This document shows, one piece after another, positions 50,720 to 63,767 of a stretch of DNA of 64,000 nucleotides. The DNA lies in contig MCFE01000044.1 of NCBI GenBank assembly GCA_002104905.1, positions 1-64,000 of the forward strand, written 5' to 3'. The notes below the pieces were generated by a model. The model ran no database searches. It was not told the DNA's origin and was given only the letters and a program-made list of their open reading frames with translations. Every line of letters begins with the position of its first letter. Position 1 is the stretch's first letter. A program made the translations under genes and the position numbers. The stretch comes from Basidiobolus meristosporus CBS 931.73 (taxonomy: Eukaryota; Fungi; Basidiobolomycota).

Positions 50720-53035
50720 ACAATCTTGCACTCTATGGCACCATTGGGCACTATATTTCTACCATAGTGCCAGTGGTAGGATATAGTTAAAGGTATTTTA
50801 CTCAATCTCACTTATGTTGCTCAGAATAGTGCTTTCCCTGCTTTATTTACTCTTCATAATGCTCCAGAAGCACTTCTCTCAGTGGATGTCTTTGTGTATG
50901 AATATACTGTGCATTAGTTAGTATCATAACTATTTTGCCTATTCTGCAGTTTTCTCCTATATATAACTTGCCTCTGTATTTACCTGCTAATATGCTCAGT
51001 CTCTTTAGATGTCCATATGTGTGCTCTACTCTCACTCTGTAATGATTGAATATCTCATTGTAGAGCTTCCCCTTCCTGCTAAGCAATCCATTTCTTGGCT
51101 TCCTATGAACTGTAATACATCCTAATCTATGACAATCCTCACCTATATAAGCTGAGTCTGCCACACTTTTCTCCCCTCTACTGAACTCTGAATGATTCAC
51201 TACCCAGAGTGCCTTGTCACGCCTACCTCAAGGAAATTGCCCACTGAGCCAGATGATATTAACCTCAATGTCAGACAGTGTTTGAAACTCCACATATTGT
51301 GCCTTGTACTTGCCAGAATGAAAGAGCCCCAGCCCTCTAGAAGGTCTATTAGTCCTCACTGGGAAAGTATCCAAAATACTATTGATATGGAACCAGTTGC
51401 TAAGCACTCTGCAATATGGAAGTCTATTGGAGCTTCTGAACCTAGTATTCCAAGCTTGCTCTAAGTCATTCATATGTTCTGCAAGGTGGTTTTCCATTAC
51501 TGTCAGCAGGGAACAAAAGCTTCTAGAGCTTCTGTTGCCAAGAATGGCAGGATGAAACCTTGTAGGGCAATATTTCTTGTAATAACTGAGAAGCTTAACA
51601 AGGGATCTCCTTGAGTAGATTGGGGTTGCTGCTTCACAGTTCCTAGTATAGGTCTCCTCTGATCTTTCAAAAGGAAATCCAGTGGTAATGATGGGATTGA
51701 TGAGAAAAGACCATTCAGATGAGTAAGTCATGTTAATATTGGTAGGTAACTGAGTAGAGTTGATATATATCAACTTGGTGCAATCAGCTTAATTTATCTG
51801 ACTTTAATGCATTATGATTACATCTTCATCAAAAACCATGTATCCCATCATTATGCTGCAAAAATCATCCTCAAACAATAAACTTGTTCTGTTGGATAGT
51901 GCCACATTGAGCCATGAGTGCCAAATGATGCCATAGTGTGCCAAGGAGGCTACGTGAGCCTATACTTAGCCACAGGGTGTGAAACATAGCTCTGTTTCTT
52001 TATGCAAAGTGGCCCCTGCGTTTCACCCATTGTGCTGGAGAAAATCCATTTTTTGACCATTTTTTTTGGATTAATGTTGTGCAGGATTTGAAAGGGCACA
52101 GAATGACTGAAGACATGCATCTGGTACTCAATACCTATGGCACTCTGAATCTAGCTGCTGTGGCTTGTAACATGTCACAAAAATGCATGGCACTATCTTG
52201 GTCCACTGGTTCTATCTGGCACTATAAGTGCTTATATAGGTTTTACTTTAGGGCTAATATTTAAATATAGTGCCAGATAGAAGATCAATACAAAGCACTT
52301 ATAGTGCCAGATAGTACCAGTGGACTGAGATAGTGCCATGCATTTTGGTGACATGTTACAAGCCACAGGAGCTAGATTTGTAGTGCCATGGGTATTGAGT
52401 ACCTGATGCAAGTCTTCAGTCCTTCTGTGCCCTTTCACATTGTGCACAACATTGATCCGGAAAAAAAGGTCAAAAAATGAATTTTCTTCAGCACAATGGG
52501 TGAAACACAGGGGCTGCTTTGCATGAAATGAAGAGTAATGCTTCACACTCTGTGGCCAGAGTTAGGTCTGCTATGCCTTTCTGGCACTCAATGGCACTAT
52601 TTGGCACTCATGGCTCAATGTGGCACTATCCAACCAAACAAGTCTAATGTCTTGGTGACTTTATTGATGACTTACTCACAAGTATATAAACAAGTACAAA
52701 ATCTGCAATTGATGCAATCTGATCCATGTCAATGCTATCTTAGATGCATCATGCATTATATATGGAAAATTCAACAGTCACATTAGTTTTCACATGTACT
52801 TCATATAAGACCAGGTTGATGCCAATACACTACTGTATTAATATCCAAATCTGTCACTATGGTCCAGATACTAAGTCTCAACTCATCTTTAGTACAAACC
52901 AGACAAACCCATCCCTCAGCTCACAAGCATTGTCCCAACCAGTGAGGTTGATGTTAGATCTGTTTGAGCTCTTGCCAAATGATTTTAGTATGGCCCAAGT
53001 GTCTATGATGAGCCTTCATACAGATGGAATATTTC
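50720..53035 (-). mobile_element. Harbinger-superfamily copy W (transposase 50847-51773), both ends truncated
   Basis: DDE triad LDTF / ADSAY / RVEH; ORF2 start at 52744-53035; interrupted by MITE6. Confidence 0.85.
51880..52645. mobile_element. Foldback MITE 6 (766 bp), TSD AAT, duplicated centre
   Basis: AAT|AAACTTGTTC...AAACAAGTCT|AAT; extra ~34 bp at the axis. Confidence 0.9.
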
Positions 53036-53039
53036 TTAC

Positions 53040-54483
53040 AATTCTGACTCTCAGATATTGTTTCAGGTCATGTAGAGATTTTTTATGCTTGCAGACCAAG
53101 TAAATGTTATGATCAACAGACCCTTGAGGCTGGTTCATGTGCATGTCCCCATAAAGTTCTCCATTTAAAAGTGCAGTTTTTACATCCTGTTGATGAACAG
53201 CAAGCTTATATTTGGCTGCAATGGTTACTATTATTCTGATGTATCAAACTTAGCTCCTGGTTCAAAGGTCTCAGTATAGTTAAGTCCTTTTGTGTAAGAG
53301 CTTGCTTTGACCAAAAGTCTTTCTTTGTATTTTCAATTGTTCCCTATAGACTTGTATTTAGCTCTCAAGATTATCTGCATCCACTTGACTATTGGTAGAT
53401 TGTAATTTGATTGAATCCCAAGTTTGAATGTGTATCAATGCTTGATACTCCTTAGTTAATGTAGATCTCCAGAACCTATTTCTAGGTCTGTTTAAGGACT
53501 CATTTACAGTCCAAGGCTCATCAATACAAGCAAAATAGGCAAAGGTCATATTTGTATCTGCATTAATATGGAAGTACAGGCTTTAGCTAGTCTAGTTTGA
53601 TCACTTGGCTTTTAATAATAGAATGATCCCTTCCAGGATATTCCTGGGCACTGTTTTAGGCTAAAAGCCTGTTGCAAAGCCCTCTGTGGAGAAGAAATGC
53701 TTATAGTTTCCCTCTAATTCAATCCTGACTATTGATTGACTTAAGATTAGATTTTTGTCACCATCTGATGGCACACTTTGTGAGAACTATGCATTTCATT
53801 AAACAATATATCCCTCAGCTTGATCAGCATCTTTGATTTTGAAGTGTATGTGGGTTTTAACTGACTGTTCCTTGTAGCCAAGAGAGCTTGTGGGTCAAGT
53901 CAGTGCCACTTAGCTCAGAATAGCTTCCAATAGAAGGTTGTAAGGTAATAAGGACCTATGTTTATTACATCAAAAATTTTTCCCTTTCAACTTGTGTCAA
54001 TTGGATACATTTATCTCACTAAGAGGGGCTTAGGTGATAGAAAATGTGATATAAAATAGGCTTGTCAACACCTTCCTGTTATTGTAACTGTTCTAACTAG
54101 GTAAGGACCCAAATGGGCAGAAGGAGGTATGAGAGAACTATAGGGAGAATACTGGGGAGACTTTGAGTAGGATAATGGGGGAACCCTTGGACAAAGGAAG
54201 GTACTACACTTGGTAATCACAATGTGGTGTCATATTGCCTCACTCCCATTGCAGTAGCTGAAGAATATGCATTTTACACCTTTCAGCACAATTTTGGCTG
54301 ATTTACGAGCTCTTTATTAGCATACGGTGTGTACATAGATGTAGTTAGATGTTTGGCACTGAATCTATATCCATACTATGCCTCAAATGGAGTAGAGTTA
54401 CAATGTACTCTGCTATATCTCATATTCTTAAGGTATGCACCTTTAGCAACGGATTCCACCCACAAATCATAGGATAATCTTCA
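53040..54483 (-). mobile_element. Decayed family A-like copia internal region (RT/integrase); continues at 63773-64000
   Basis: Homology to 26900-27860; resumes after 63772 with sequence matching 27860-27950. Confidence 0.8.
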
Positions 54484-57400
54484 TGTTGCAATTCAAGAAG
54501 TGACTTGGATATAAGGAACTTATCAAGAAATAGTGATAATAGTTGAACTGTTGTTTATTCACAAAGAAGCTCAGTATTTATACCTTTGTAGAAGTAATAC
54601 AGCTGTAACACTGAGTAGGGAGGGTTTTTCAATATTCAGGAGCATTCTGTAACAGTTTCAGGGTTGGTACATAATGTTTGGTAATAGTGCTAATTTGATC
54701 CTGACTATAGGGGAATAATCATAAGATCATATATCTGGAGAAAGTGGCAAAGTCAAGGCAGTAAATGAGTCCTACAGTGACTAAGACTAGTCTACAATTG
54801 TTAAGTAAGTTTTCAGCTGCTGAATGATACCAAATAGTCCAATATTTCAACACTCCCCCTCAACTAACTAATTTCTTTATCCCAATTTCTCTCTAAGGAT
54901 CTTAAACTGTGGCCTAGCTAGTGGTTTTGTCAAAATGTCTGCCGCCATTTTGTCAGTAGGGCAGTAAACTAACTCCACCAAGTTATTTTTTACAGCTTCC
55001 CTCACAAAGTGATGCTGTATATCAATGCGCTCAGTTCTGGCATGATTAGTAGGATTTCTAGCTAATGAAATACAACTTTGATTATCCTTGTAAATACATG
55101 TTGGTTCACCTGAATTGAAACCCAAGTCTTTGAATAATTTTTGTAGCCATATAGCCTCCTTAGTTGCTTGACATGCAGCCATATATTTGGCTTCAGTTGT
55201 AGATAGTGCAACAGTTGGCTGTTTCTTGCAATTCCAAGTAATAGCTGCACCAGCATAAAGAAATACATAGCCTGTGGTAGAGTGTCTGTCAATCAAATCC
55301 CTACCCAATCTGATGTTGCAATTTAAGAAGTGATTTGGATATAAGGAACTTATCAAGAAATAGTGATAATAGTTGAACTGTTGTTTATTCATAAAGAAGC
55401 TCAGTATTTATACCTTTGTAGAAGTAATACAGCTGCAACACTAAGTAGGGAGGGTTTCTCAATATTCAGGAGCATTCTGTAACAGTTTCAGGGTTAGTAC
55501 ATAATGTTTGGTAATAGTGCTAATTTGATACTGACTATAGGGGAATAATCATAAGATCATATATCTGGAGAAAGTGGCAAAGTTAAGGCAGTAAATGAGT
55601 CCTACAGTGACTAAGACTAACCTAGAATTGTTAAGTAAATTTTTAGCTGCTGAATGATACCAAATAGTCCAATATTTCAACACTCCCCCTCAACTAAATA
55701 ATTTCTTAATCCCAATCTCTCTCTAAGGATCTCAAACTGTGGCCTAGCTAGTGGTTTTGTCAATATGTCTGCCACCATTTTGTCAGTTGGGCAGTAAACC
55801 AGCTCCACTAAGTTATTTTCTACAGCTTCCCTCACAAAGTGATGCTGTATATCAATGTGCTTAGTTCTGGCATGATTAGTAGGATTTCTAGCTAATGAAA
55901 TACAACTTTGATTATCCTTGTAAATACATGTTGGTTCACCTGAATTAAAACCTAAGTCTTTGAATAATTTTCGTAGCCATATAGCCTCCTTAGTTGCTTG
56001 ACATGCAGCCATATATTTGGCTTCAGTTGTAGATAGTGCCACAGTTGGTTGTTTCTTGCAATTCCAAGTAATAGCTGCACCAGCATAAAGAAATACATAG
56101 CCTGTGGTAGAGCGTCTGTCAATCAAATCCCTACCCCAATCTGAATTACTATAACCATCATATTTTTGCCTATTTGCTGCTCCAGAGTATTCCAGTACCA
56201 TATTTATGGTACCTTGTAGATATCTGAAAATCCACTTAACTGCTGCAATTTGATCTGATCCATAATTCTGCATGAATTGACTGACTATTCCAACTGCTAC
56301 TGCAATATCTGGACGTGTAGACACCATCAAGTACATTAGGCTACCAACCATTGAATGATAGGGAAAGTTTTGGTCCATATTTGAGCCGTTTTCATCTATA
56401 ACTGGCTGAGATTTGCTTAATTTCAGGTTATTGTCCATAGGGGTTGCTGCAGGTTTGCAATTTTCCATTTTGAAGCGTCTAAGAATGTCCCTGATGTACT
56501 TAGACTGATTCAGCACAATTTTCTGCGTAGGTATGTCAAATTTGACCTCAATTCCAAGAAAATAGCTCAATTTTCCAAGATCTTTCATCTCAAACTTGCT
56601 GAAGAGATCTGATTTCGTCTGTTTAAGTGCCTCTTGATCACTTGTAGCTATAATTAGGTCATCCACATAAAGAACTAGGATGATCACATCCTTTTTGAGC
56701 TGTTTCACATATATACTGTGATCTGCAGTGCTACAAGAGAACCCAATTTCCTCTAGATATGTGTCAATCTTGTTATACCATGCTCTGGGTGCCTGCTTAA
56801 GCCCATACAATGATTTTCTAAGTTTGCACACCTTATGGGGGCTTTTTGGATTGGTAAAACCTTCTGGTTGCTCCATATATATAGTTTCTTGCAAATCCCC
56901 ATTTAGAAAGGCTGTTTTGACGTCCATTTGGTGTAGATCTAGACTGTGTACAGCTGCCAGGGCTAGAACTGTCCTAATAGAGTTAAACTTGGCAACCGGA
57001 GCAATTGTTTCCTTAAAGTCTAGTCCCTGGATCTGGGAATAGCCTTTAGCTACCAATCTAGCCTTGTACTTATCAACAGCACCATTTGAGGTTATCTTGA
57101 TCTTGTAGACCCATCTACATCCTATTGGCTTTCTCCCATTTGGTAAATCTACCAGTTCCCACGTTTTTGCCTTGATCAGTGATTGGTACTCCTCCTGCAT
57201 GGCTTGTTGCCACTTAGTAGCATCTGGACCTTGCATTGCCTGTTCCAGATTCTGAGGTTTGGCACATAAGGCAAGATAAGCTTCTTCATGATTATTGGAT
57301 GTCTGCCACCAGGATCCAGGGGCATTTCTTATTCTGGTAGATCTCCTAACTGGGATAATCTGCTCTGATCTGGAACTGGTAGAAGTATCTTCCATCTCTG

Positions 57401-60400
57401 GCTGGATTTGGTACGTATCTTCTTCATTTGTGTTGATTGCATCATCAGGCAGCTGGCCAATGATTTCTGTGGCTTTCTGATCTGAATTTTCCTCAAATAC
57501 AACGTCCCTGCTCTTGATCAGCTTCTGAATTTTGCCATCATACACTCTATACCCTCTAGTATCTTCACAATACCCAAGAAAGATCCCTTTTCTACTCTTT
57601 GGCTCCAACTTTGAGCGTTTTTTGTCAGGGATGTGATAAAAAACATCACTGCCAAAGATCCTGAGGTGCTGGAGATCTGGTTTTTTGCCTGTATATGCTT
57701 CAAAGGGTGTAGAATCACCTAGTGCTGTTGTTGGGCATCTGTTCTTGATGTATACAGCGGTAGCAACAGATTCAGCCCAAAACATGTAGTCCATTCCCTT
57801 ATCATGTAGCATAGATCTTCCCATCTCTACTATTGTTCTGTTTGCACGTTCTGCTACTCCATTTTGCTGTGGAGTATGAGGAATTGTGGTCTGTTGAAGT
57901 ATACCAGTAGACAAGCAGTATTTTGCAAACTCCTTTGAGCAGTATTCTCCTCCATTGTCACTTTGTAGTACCTTCAATTTACACCCAGTTTGTGTTTCTG
58001 CCATTTTCTTGAAGTGCTTGAAAGTCTCTAAAGCTTCATCCTTTGCTTTGAGGAAGTACACCCATGTATATCTTGTCTTGTCATCAATAAACGTCATAAA
58101 GTATCTCTTGGCTCCAAAAGACAGTGTTCTCATGGGGCCACATAAGTCTGAGTGTACAATAGCCAATATTTCGGTGGTATTGATGCCTTCTGAGCTCTTG
58201 AAACGTTGCCTAGCTTGTTTGCCATATGAACATCCCTTACAAACATTCAATTTGATCGGAATTGAGTATTTTAGGCCCAAAACAAGCTGATTTTTCACCA
58301 ATTGGCTCATTTTCTGTTCCCCTATGTGTCCTAGCCTCCTATGCCACGTCTCCCAGTTGGTTTCATCAGTTTCAGCAACGTTGACATACTCAGGTACAAT
58401 GATCTTGCATTGTAACTTGTATATATTGTGATCTCTGATTCCCGAAGCTAATTTTTGTCCATTTTCACTCAATATTGAGCAGCTCAGCTTAGTAAAAATG
58501 AATTTCAGTCCCTGAGTAGTTGCTTTACCAACTGAGAGTAGGTTCTTAGCTATTCCAGGTACATAGAGTACGTCAGTCAGTTTTGCTGTTGTTGCCCCTG
58601 AGTTATCACTCATATTTAGTTGTATAGACCCACTGGCGGTAGCTTCCAATGCAGAGTTATCTCCCAGATAAACCTTTCTTACAGGAATAGTTTTTAAGTT
58701 GCTGAACCAATCCTTTATACCACAAGTATGCTGTGATGCTCCAGAGTCAATATACCATTCATTACTTGGTTACTTGCACTCTCTTGTACAGTGACAAATA
58801 GCTGTTCATCAGTAGTTATATGGTTTGCCTGCTCTAGTTTCTGTTTTTCGTCTGCTTGTTTCTTCTTGCATTCTCTTGCCCAGTGTCCTGGCTTCTTACA
58901 GTAGTTACAGCAGCCAGGTTTTCTTCGGTTTTGTTGCTTTCCCTTCTTTTCTGTATGCCTTTCTGAGCTGAATAAAGCATTATCTTCAATTTTCTCTGCT
59001 TGATCATTACGTCTGAGTTCTTCATGGAGAAGTCTTCCTTTGACATAGTCTAAAGTCAAGTTGTCTTCTCTGCTTTCAAAAGAAAGTATGAGTGGCTCAT
59101 ACTCGTCTGGTAGGCTGCAAAGCAGACAGAGTATCTTTTCTTCATCATCTACACCAGCATTAATACTGTAAAGTTCTTCTGCAAGTGTCTCCATTCTGGT
59201 AATGAGTTGTAGCATGTCATCATCTGGCTACTTCCTCATGTTGAAGAACTTTTGTTTCAAATAAAGCTGCTTGATACTGACTTTGCTCTAAAGATCTTCT
59301 CTAAGGATTCCCATGCTGCTTTGGCAGTATTTGAGGCATGGATTTGTCCAATGAAGGAGTCTTGCACATTGATGCATATTGCATTGAAGGCCTTTCTCTC
59401 CTTCTCTTGAAGCTTCTCCACATCTTCTGCTGTTCCTTTGGGCTCAACTTCCTTTCCTGTTACTATGTTCCAAAGCTTTCTTTCCTCAAGGTGGATCTGC
59501 ATCTTGATTCTCCAAAGTCTGTAGTTCTTCCCATCAAACCTCTCCTTTACAGGGAAGATGTTGGTATTGCTTTGTTTGCTGGTAGAAGTCATCTTTAGAA
59601 TAGATTAAGGCAATTGGGGTTCATAACCTGTTGCAATTTAAGAAGTGATTTGGATATAAGGAACTTATCAAGAAATAGTGATAATAGTTGAACTGTTGCT
59701 TATTCATAAAGAAGCTCAGTATTTATACCTTTGTAGAAGTAATACAGCTGCAACACTAAGTAGGGAGGGTTTCTCAATATTCAGGAGCATTCTATAACAG
59801 TTTCAGGGTTAGTACATAATGTTTGGTAATAGTGCTAATTTGATACTGACTATAGGGGAATAATCATAAGATCATATATCTGGAGAAAGTGGCAAAGTTA
59901 AGGCAGTAAATGAGTCCTACAGTGACTAAGACTAGCCTAGAATTGTTAAGTAAATTTTTAGCTGCTGAATGATACCAAATAGTCCAATATTTCAACATCT
60001 GAATCACTATAACCATCAAATTTTTGCCTATTAGCTGCTCCAGAGTATTCCTGTACCATATTTATGGTCCCTTGTAGATATCTCAAAATCCGCTTAACTG
60101 CTGCAATTTGAACTGATCCATAATTCTGCATGAATTGACTGACTATTCCAACTGCTACTGCAATATCTGGACGTGTAGACACCATCAAGTACATTAGGCT
60201 ACCAACCACTGATTGATAGGGAAAGTTTGGGTCTAAATTTGAGCCGTTTTCATCTATGACTGGCTGAGATTTGCTTAATTTCAGGTTAATGTCCATGGGG
60301 GTTGCTGCAGGTTTGCAATTTTCCATTTTGAAGCATCTAAGCATGTGCCTGTTGTACTTAGACTGATTTAGCACAATTTTCTGCGTAGGTATGTCAAATT

Positions 60401-63400
60401 TGACCTCAATTCCAAGAAAATAGCTCAATTTTCCAAGATCTTTCATCTCAAACTTGCTGAAGAGATCTGATTTCGTCTGTTTAAGTGCCTCTTGATCACT
60501 TGTAGCTATAATTAGGTTGTCCACATAAAGAACTAGGATGATCACATCCTTTTTGAGCTGTTTCACATATATACTGTGATCTGCAGTGCTACAAGAGAAC
60601 CCAATTTCCTCTAGATATGTGTCAATCTTGTTATACCATGCTCTGGGTGCCTGCTTAAGCCCATACAACAATTTTCTAAGTTTGCACACCTTATGGGGGC
60701 CTTTTGGATTGGTAAAACCTTCTGGTTGCTCCATATATATAGTTTCTTGCAAATCCCCATTTAGAAAGGCTGTTTTGACGTCCATTTGGTGTAGATCTAA
60801 ACTGTGTACAGCTGCCAGGGCTAGAACTGCCCTAATAGAGTTCAACTTGGTAACCAGAGCAAATGCTTCCTTAAAGTCTAGTCCCTGGATCTGGGAATAG
60901 CCTTTAGCTACCAATCTAGCCTTGTACTTATCAACAGCACCATTTGAGGTTATCTTGATCTTGTAGACCCATCTACATCCTATTGGCTCTTTCCATTTGG
61001 TAAATCTACCAGTTCCCACGTTTTTGCCTTGATCAGTGATTGGTACTCCTCCTGCATGGCTTGTTGCCACTTAGTAGCATCTGGGCCTTGCATTGCCTGT
61101 TCCAGATTCTGAGGTTTGGCACATAAGGCAAGATAAGCATCTTCATGATTATTGGATGTCTGCCACCAGAATCCAGGGGCATTTCTTATTCTGGTAGATC
61201 TCCTAACTGGGATAATCTGTTCTGATCTGGAACTGGTAGAAGTATCTTCCATCTCTGGCTGGATTTGGTTTGTATCTTCTTCATTAGTGTTGATTGCATC
61301 ATCAGGCAGTTGGCAATGATTTCCGTGGCTTTCTGATCTGAATTCTCCTTAAATACAACGTCCCTGCTCTTGATCAGCTTCCAAATTTTGCCATCATACA
61401 CTCTGTACCCTTTAGTATCTTCACAATACCCAAGAAAGATCCCTTTCCTACTCTTTGGTTCCAACTTTGAGCGCTTTTTGTCAGGGATGTGATAAATAGG
61501 TGCTGGAGATCTGGTTTTTTGCCTGTATGTGCTTCAAAGGGTGAAGAATCACGTAGTGCTGTTGTTGGGCATCTGTTCTTGGTGTATACAGTGGTAGCAA
61601 CAGACTCAGCCCAAAACTTGTAGTCCATTCCCTTATCATGTAGCATAGATCTTCCCATCTCCACTATTGTTCTATTTGCACATTTTGCTACTCCATTTTG
61701 CTGTGGAGTATGAGGAACTGTGGTCTGTTGAAGTATACTAGTAGACAAGCAGTATTTTGCAAGCTCCTTAGTGCAGTATTCTCCTCCATTGTCACTTTGT
61801 AGTACCTTCAATTTACACCCAGTTTGTGTTTCTGCCATATTCTTGAAGTGCTTAAACATCCCTAAAGCTTCATCCTTTGTTTTGAGGACGTACACCCATG
61901 TATATCTTGTCTTGTCATCAATAAACGTCATAAAGTATCTCTTGGCTCCAAAGGACAGTGATCTCATGGGGCCACATATGTCTCAGTGTACAATAGCCAA
62001 TATTTTGGTGGTATTGACGCCTTCTGAGCTCTTGAAATGTTGCCTAGCTTATTTGCCATATGAACATCCCTTACAAACATTCAATTTGATCAGAATGGAG
62101 TATTTTAGGCCCAAAACATACTGAGTTTTTCACCAATTGGCTCATTTTCTGTTCCCCTATGTGTCCTAGCCTCCTATACCATGTCTCCTGGTTGGTTTCA
62201 TCAGTTTCAGCAATGTTGACATACTTGGGTACAATGATCTTGCATTGTAACTTGTATATATTGTGATCTCTGATTCCCAAAGCTAATTTTTGTCCATTTT
62301 CACTCAATATTGAGCAGCTCAGCTTAGTAAGAGCAAGTTTCAGTCCCTGAATAGTTGCTTTACTGACTGAGAGTAGGTTCTTAGCTATTCCAGGTACATA
62401 GAGTACATCAGTCAGTTTTGCTGTTGTTGCCCCTGAGTTATCACTCATATTTAGTTGTATAGACCCACTGGCGGTAGCTTCCAATGCAGAGTTATCTCCC
62501 AGATAAGCCTTTCTTACGGGAATAGTTTTTAAGTTGCTGAACCAATCCTTTATACCACAAGTATGCTGTGATGCTCCAGAGTCAATATACTATTCATTAC
62601 TTCCGTTACTTGCACTCTCTTGTACAGTTACAAATAACTGTACATCAGTAGTTATATGGTTTGCCTGCTCTAGTTTCTGTTTCTTGTCTGCTTGTTTCTT
62701 ACTGCATTCTCTTGCCCAGTGTCCTGGCTTCTTACAGTAGTTACAGCAGCCAGGTTTTCTTTGGTTTTGTTGCTTTCCCTTCTTTTCTGTATGCCTTTCT
62801 GAACTGAAAGTGACATAGTCTAAAGTCAGGTTGTCTTCTCTGCTTTCAAAAGAAAGTATGAGTGGCTCATACTTGTCTGGTAGGCTGCAAAGTAGACAGA
62901 GTTTCTTTTCTTCATCCTCTACACCAGCATTAATACTGTAAAGTTCTTCTGCAAGTGTCTCCATTCTGGTAATGAGTTGTAGCATGTCATCATCTGGCTA
63001 CTTCCTCATGTTGAAGAACTTTTGTTTCAAATAAAGCTGCTTGATACTGACTTTGCTCTAAAGATCTTCTCTAAGGATTCCCATGCTGTTTTGGCAGTAT
63101 CTGAGGCATGGATTTGTCCAAGGAAGGAGTCTTGCACATTGTTGCATATGGCATTGAAGGCCTTTCTCTCCTTCTCTTGAAGCTTCTCCACATCTTCTGC
63201 TGTTCCTTTGGGCTCAACTTCCTTTCCTGTTACTATGTTCCAAAGCTTTCTTTCCTCAAGGTGGATCTGCATCTTGATTCTCCAAAGTCTGTAGTTCTTC
63301 CCATCAAACCTCTCCTTTACAGGGAAGATGTAGGTATTGCTTTGTTTGCTGGTAGAAGTCATCTTTAGAATAGATTAAGGCAATTGGGGCTCATAACCTG

Positions 63401-63767
63401 TTGCAATTTGAGAAGTGATTTGGATATAAGGAACTTATCAAGAAATAGTGATAATAGTTGCACTGTTGTTTATTCATAAAGAAGCTCAGTATCTGTACCT
63501 TTGTAGAAGTAATACAGCTGTAACACTGAGTAGGGAGGGTTTCTCAATATTCAGGAGCATTCTTTAACAGTTTCAGGGTTAGTACATAATGTTTTGTAAT
63601 AGTGCTAACTTGATCCTGACTATAGGGGAATAATCATAAGATCATATATCTGGAGAAAGTGGCAAAGTCAAGGCAGTAAATGAGTCCTACAGTGACTAAG
63701 ACTAGTCTAGAATTGTTAAGTAAATTTTTAGCTGCTGAATGATACCAAATAGTCCAATATTTCAACA
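54484..63767 (-). mobile_element. Ty1/copia family B outer element; LTRs 54484-54852 and 63399-63767
   Basis: 369-bp TGTTG..CAACA LTRs (~15 differences), PPT at 54853, PBS GGTTATGAGCCC, TSD CTTCA/TTTCA, fragmented gag-pol. Confidence 0.95.
55314..59997 (-). mobile_element. Ty1/copia family B inner element, young; LTRs 55314-55682 and 59629-59997
   Basis: LTRs differ at 3 of 369 sites; perfect TSD TCTGA; 990-aa pol ORF 55677-58649 (integrase, YVDD RT, RNase H); gag broken. Confidence 0.97.

Noticed and set aside
54484-63767. Head-to-tail tandem array of copia elements sharing LTRs
   Set aside because: The TCTGA duplication and RNase H continuity across 55313/59998 show nesting instead
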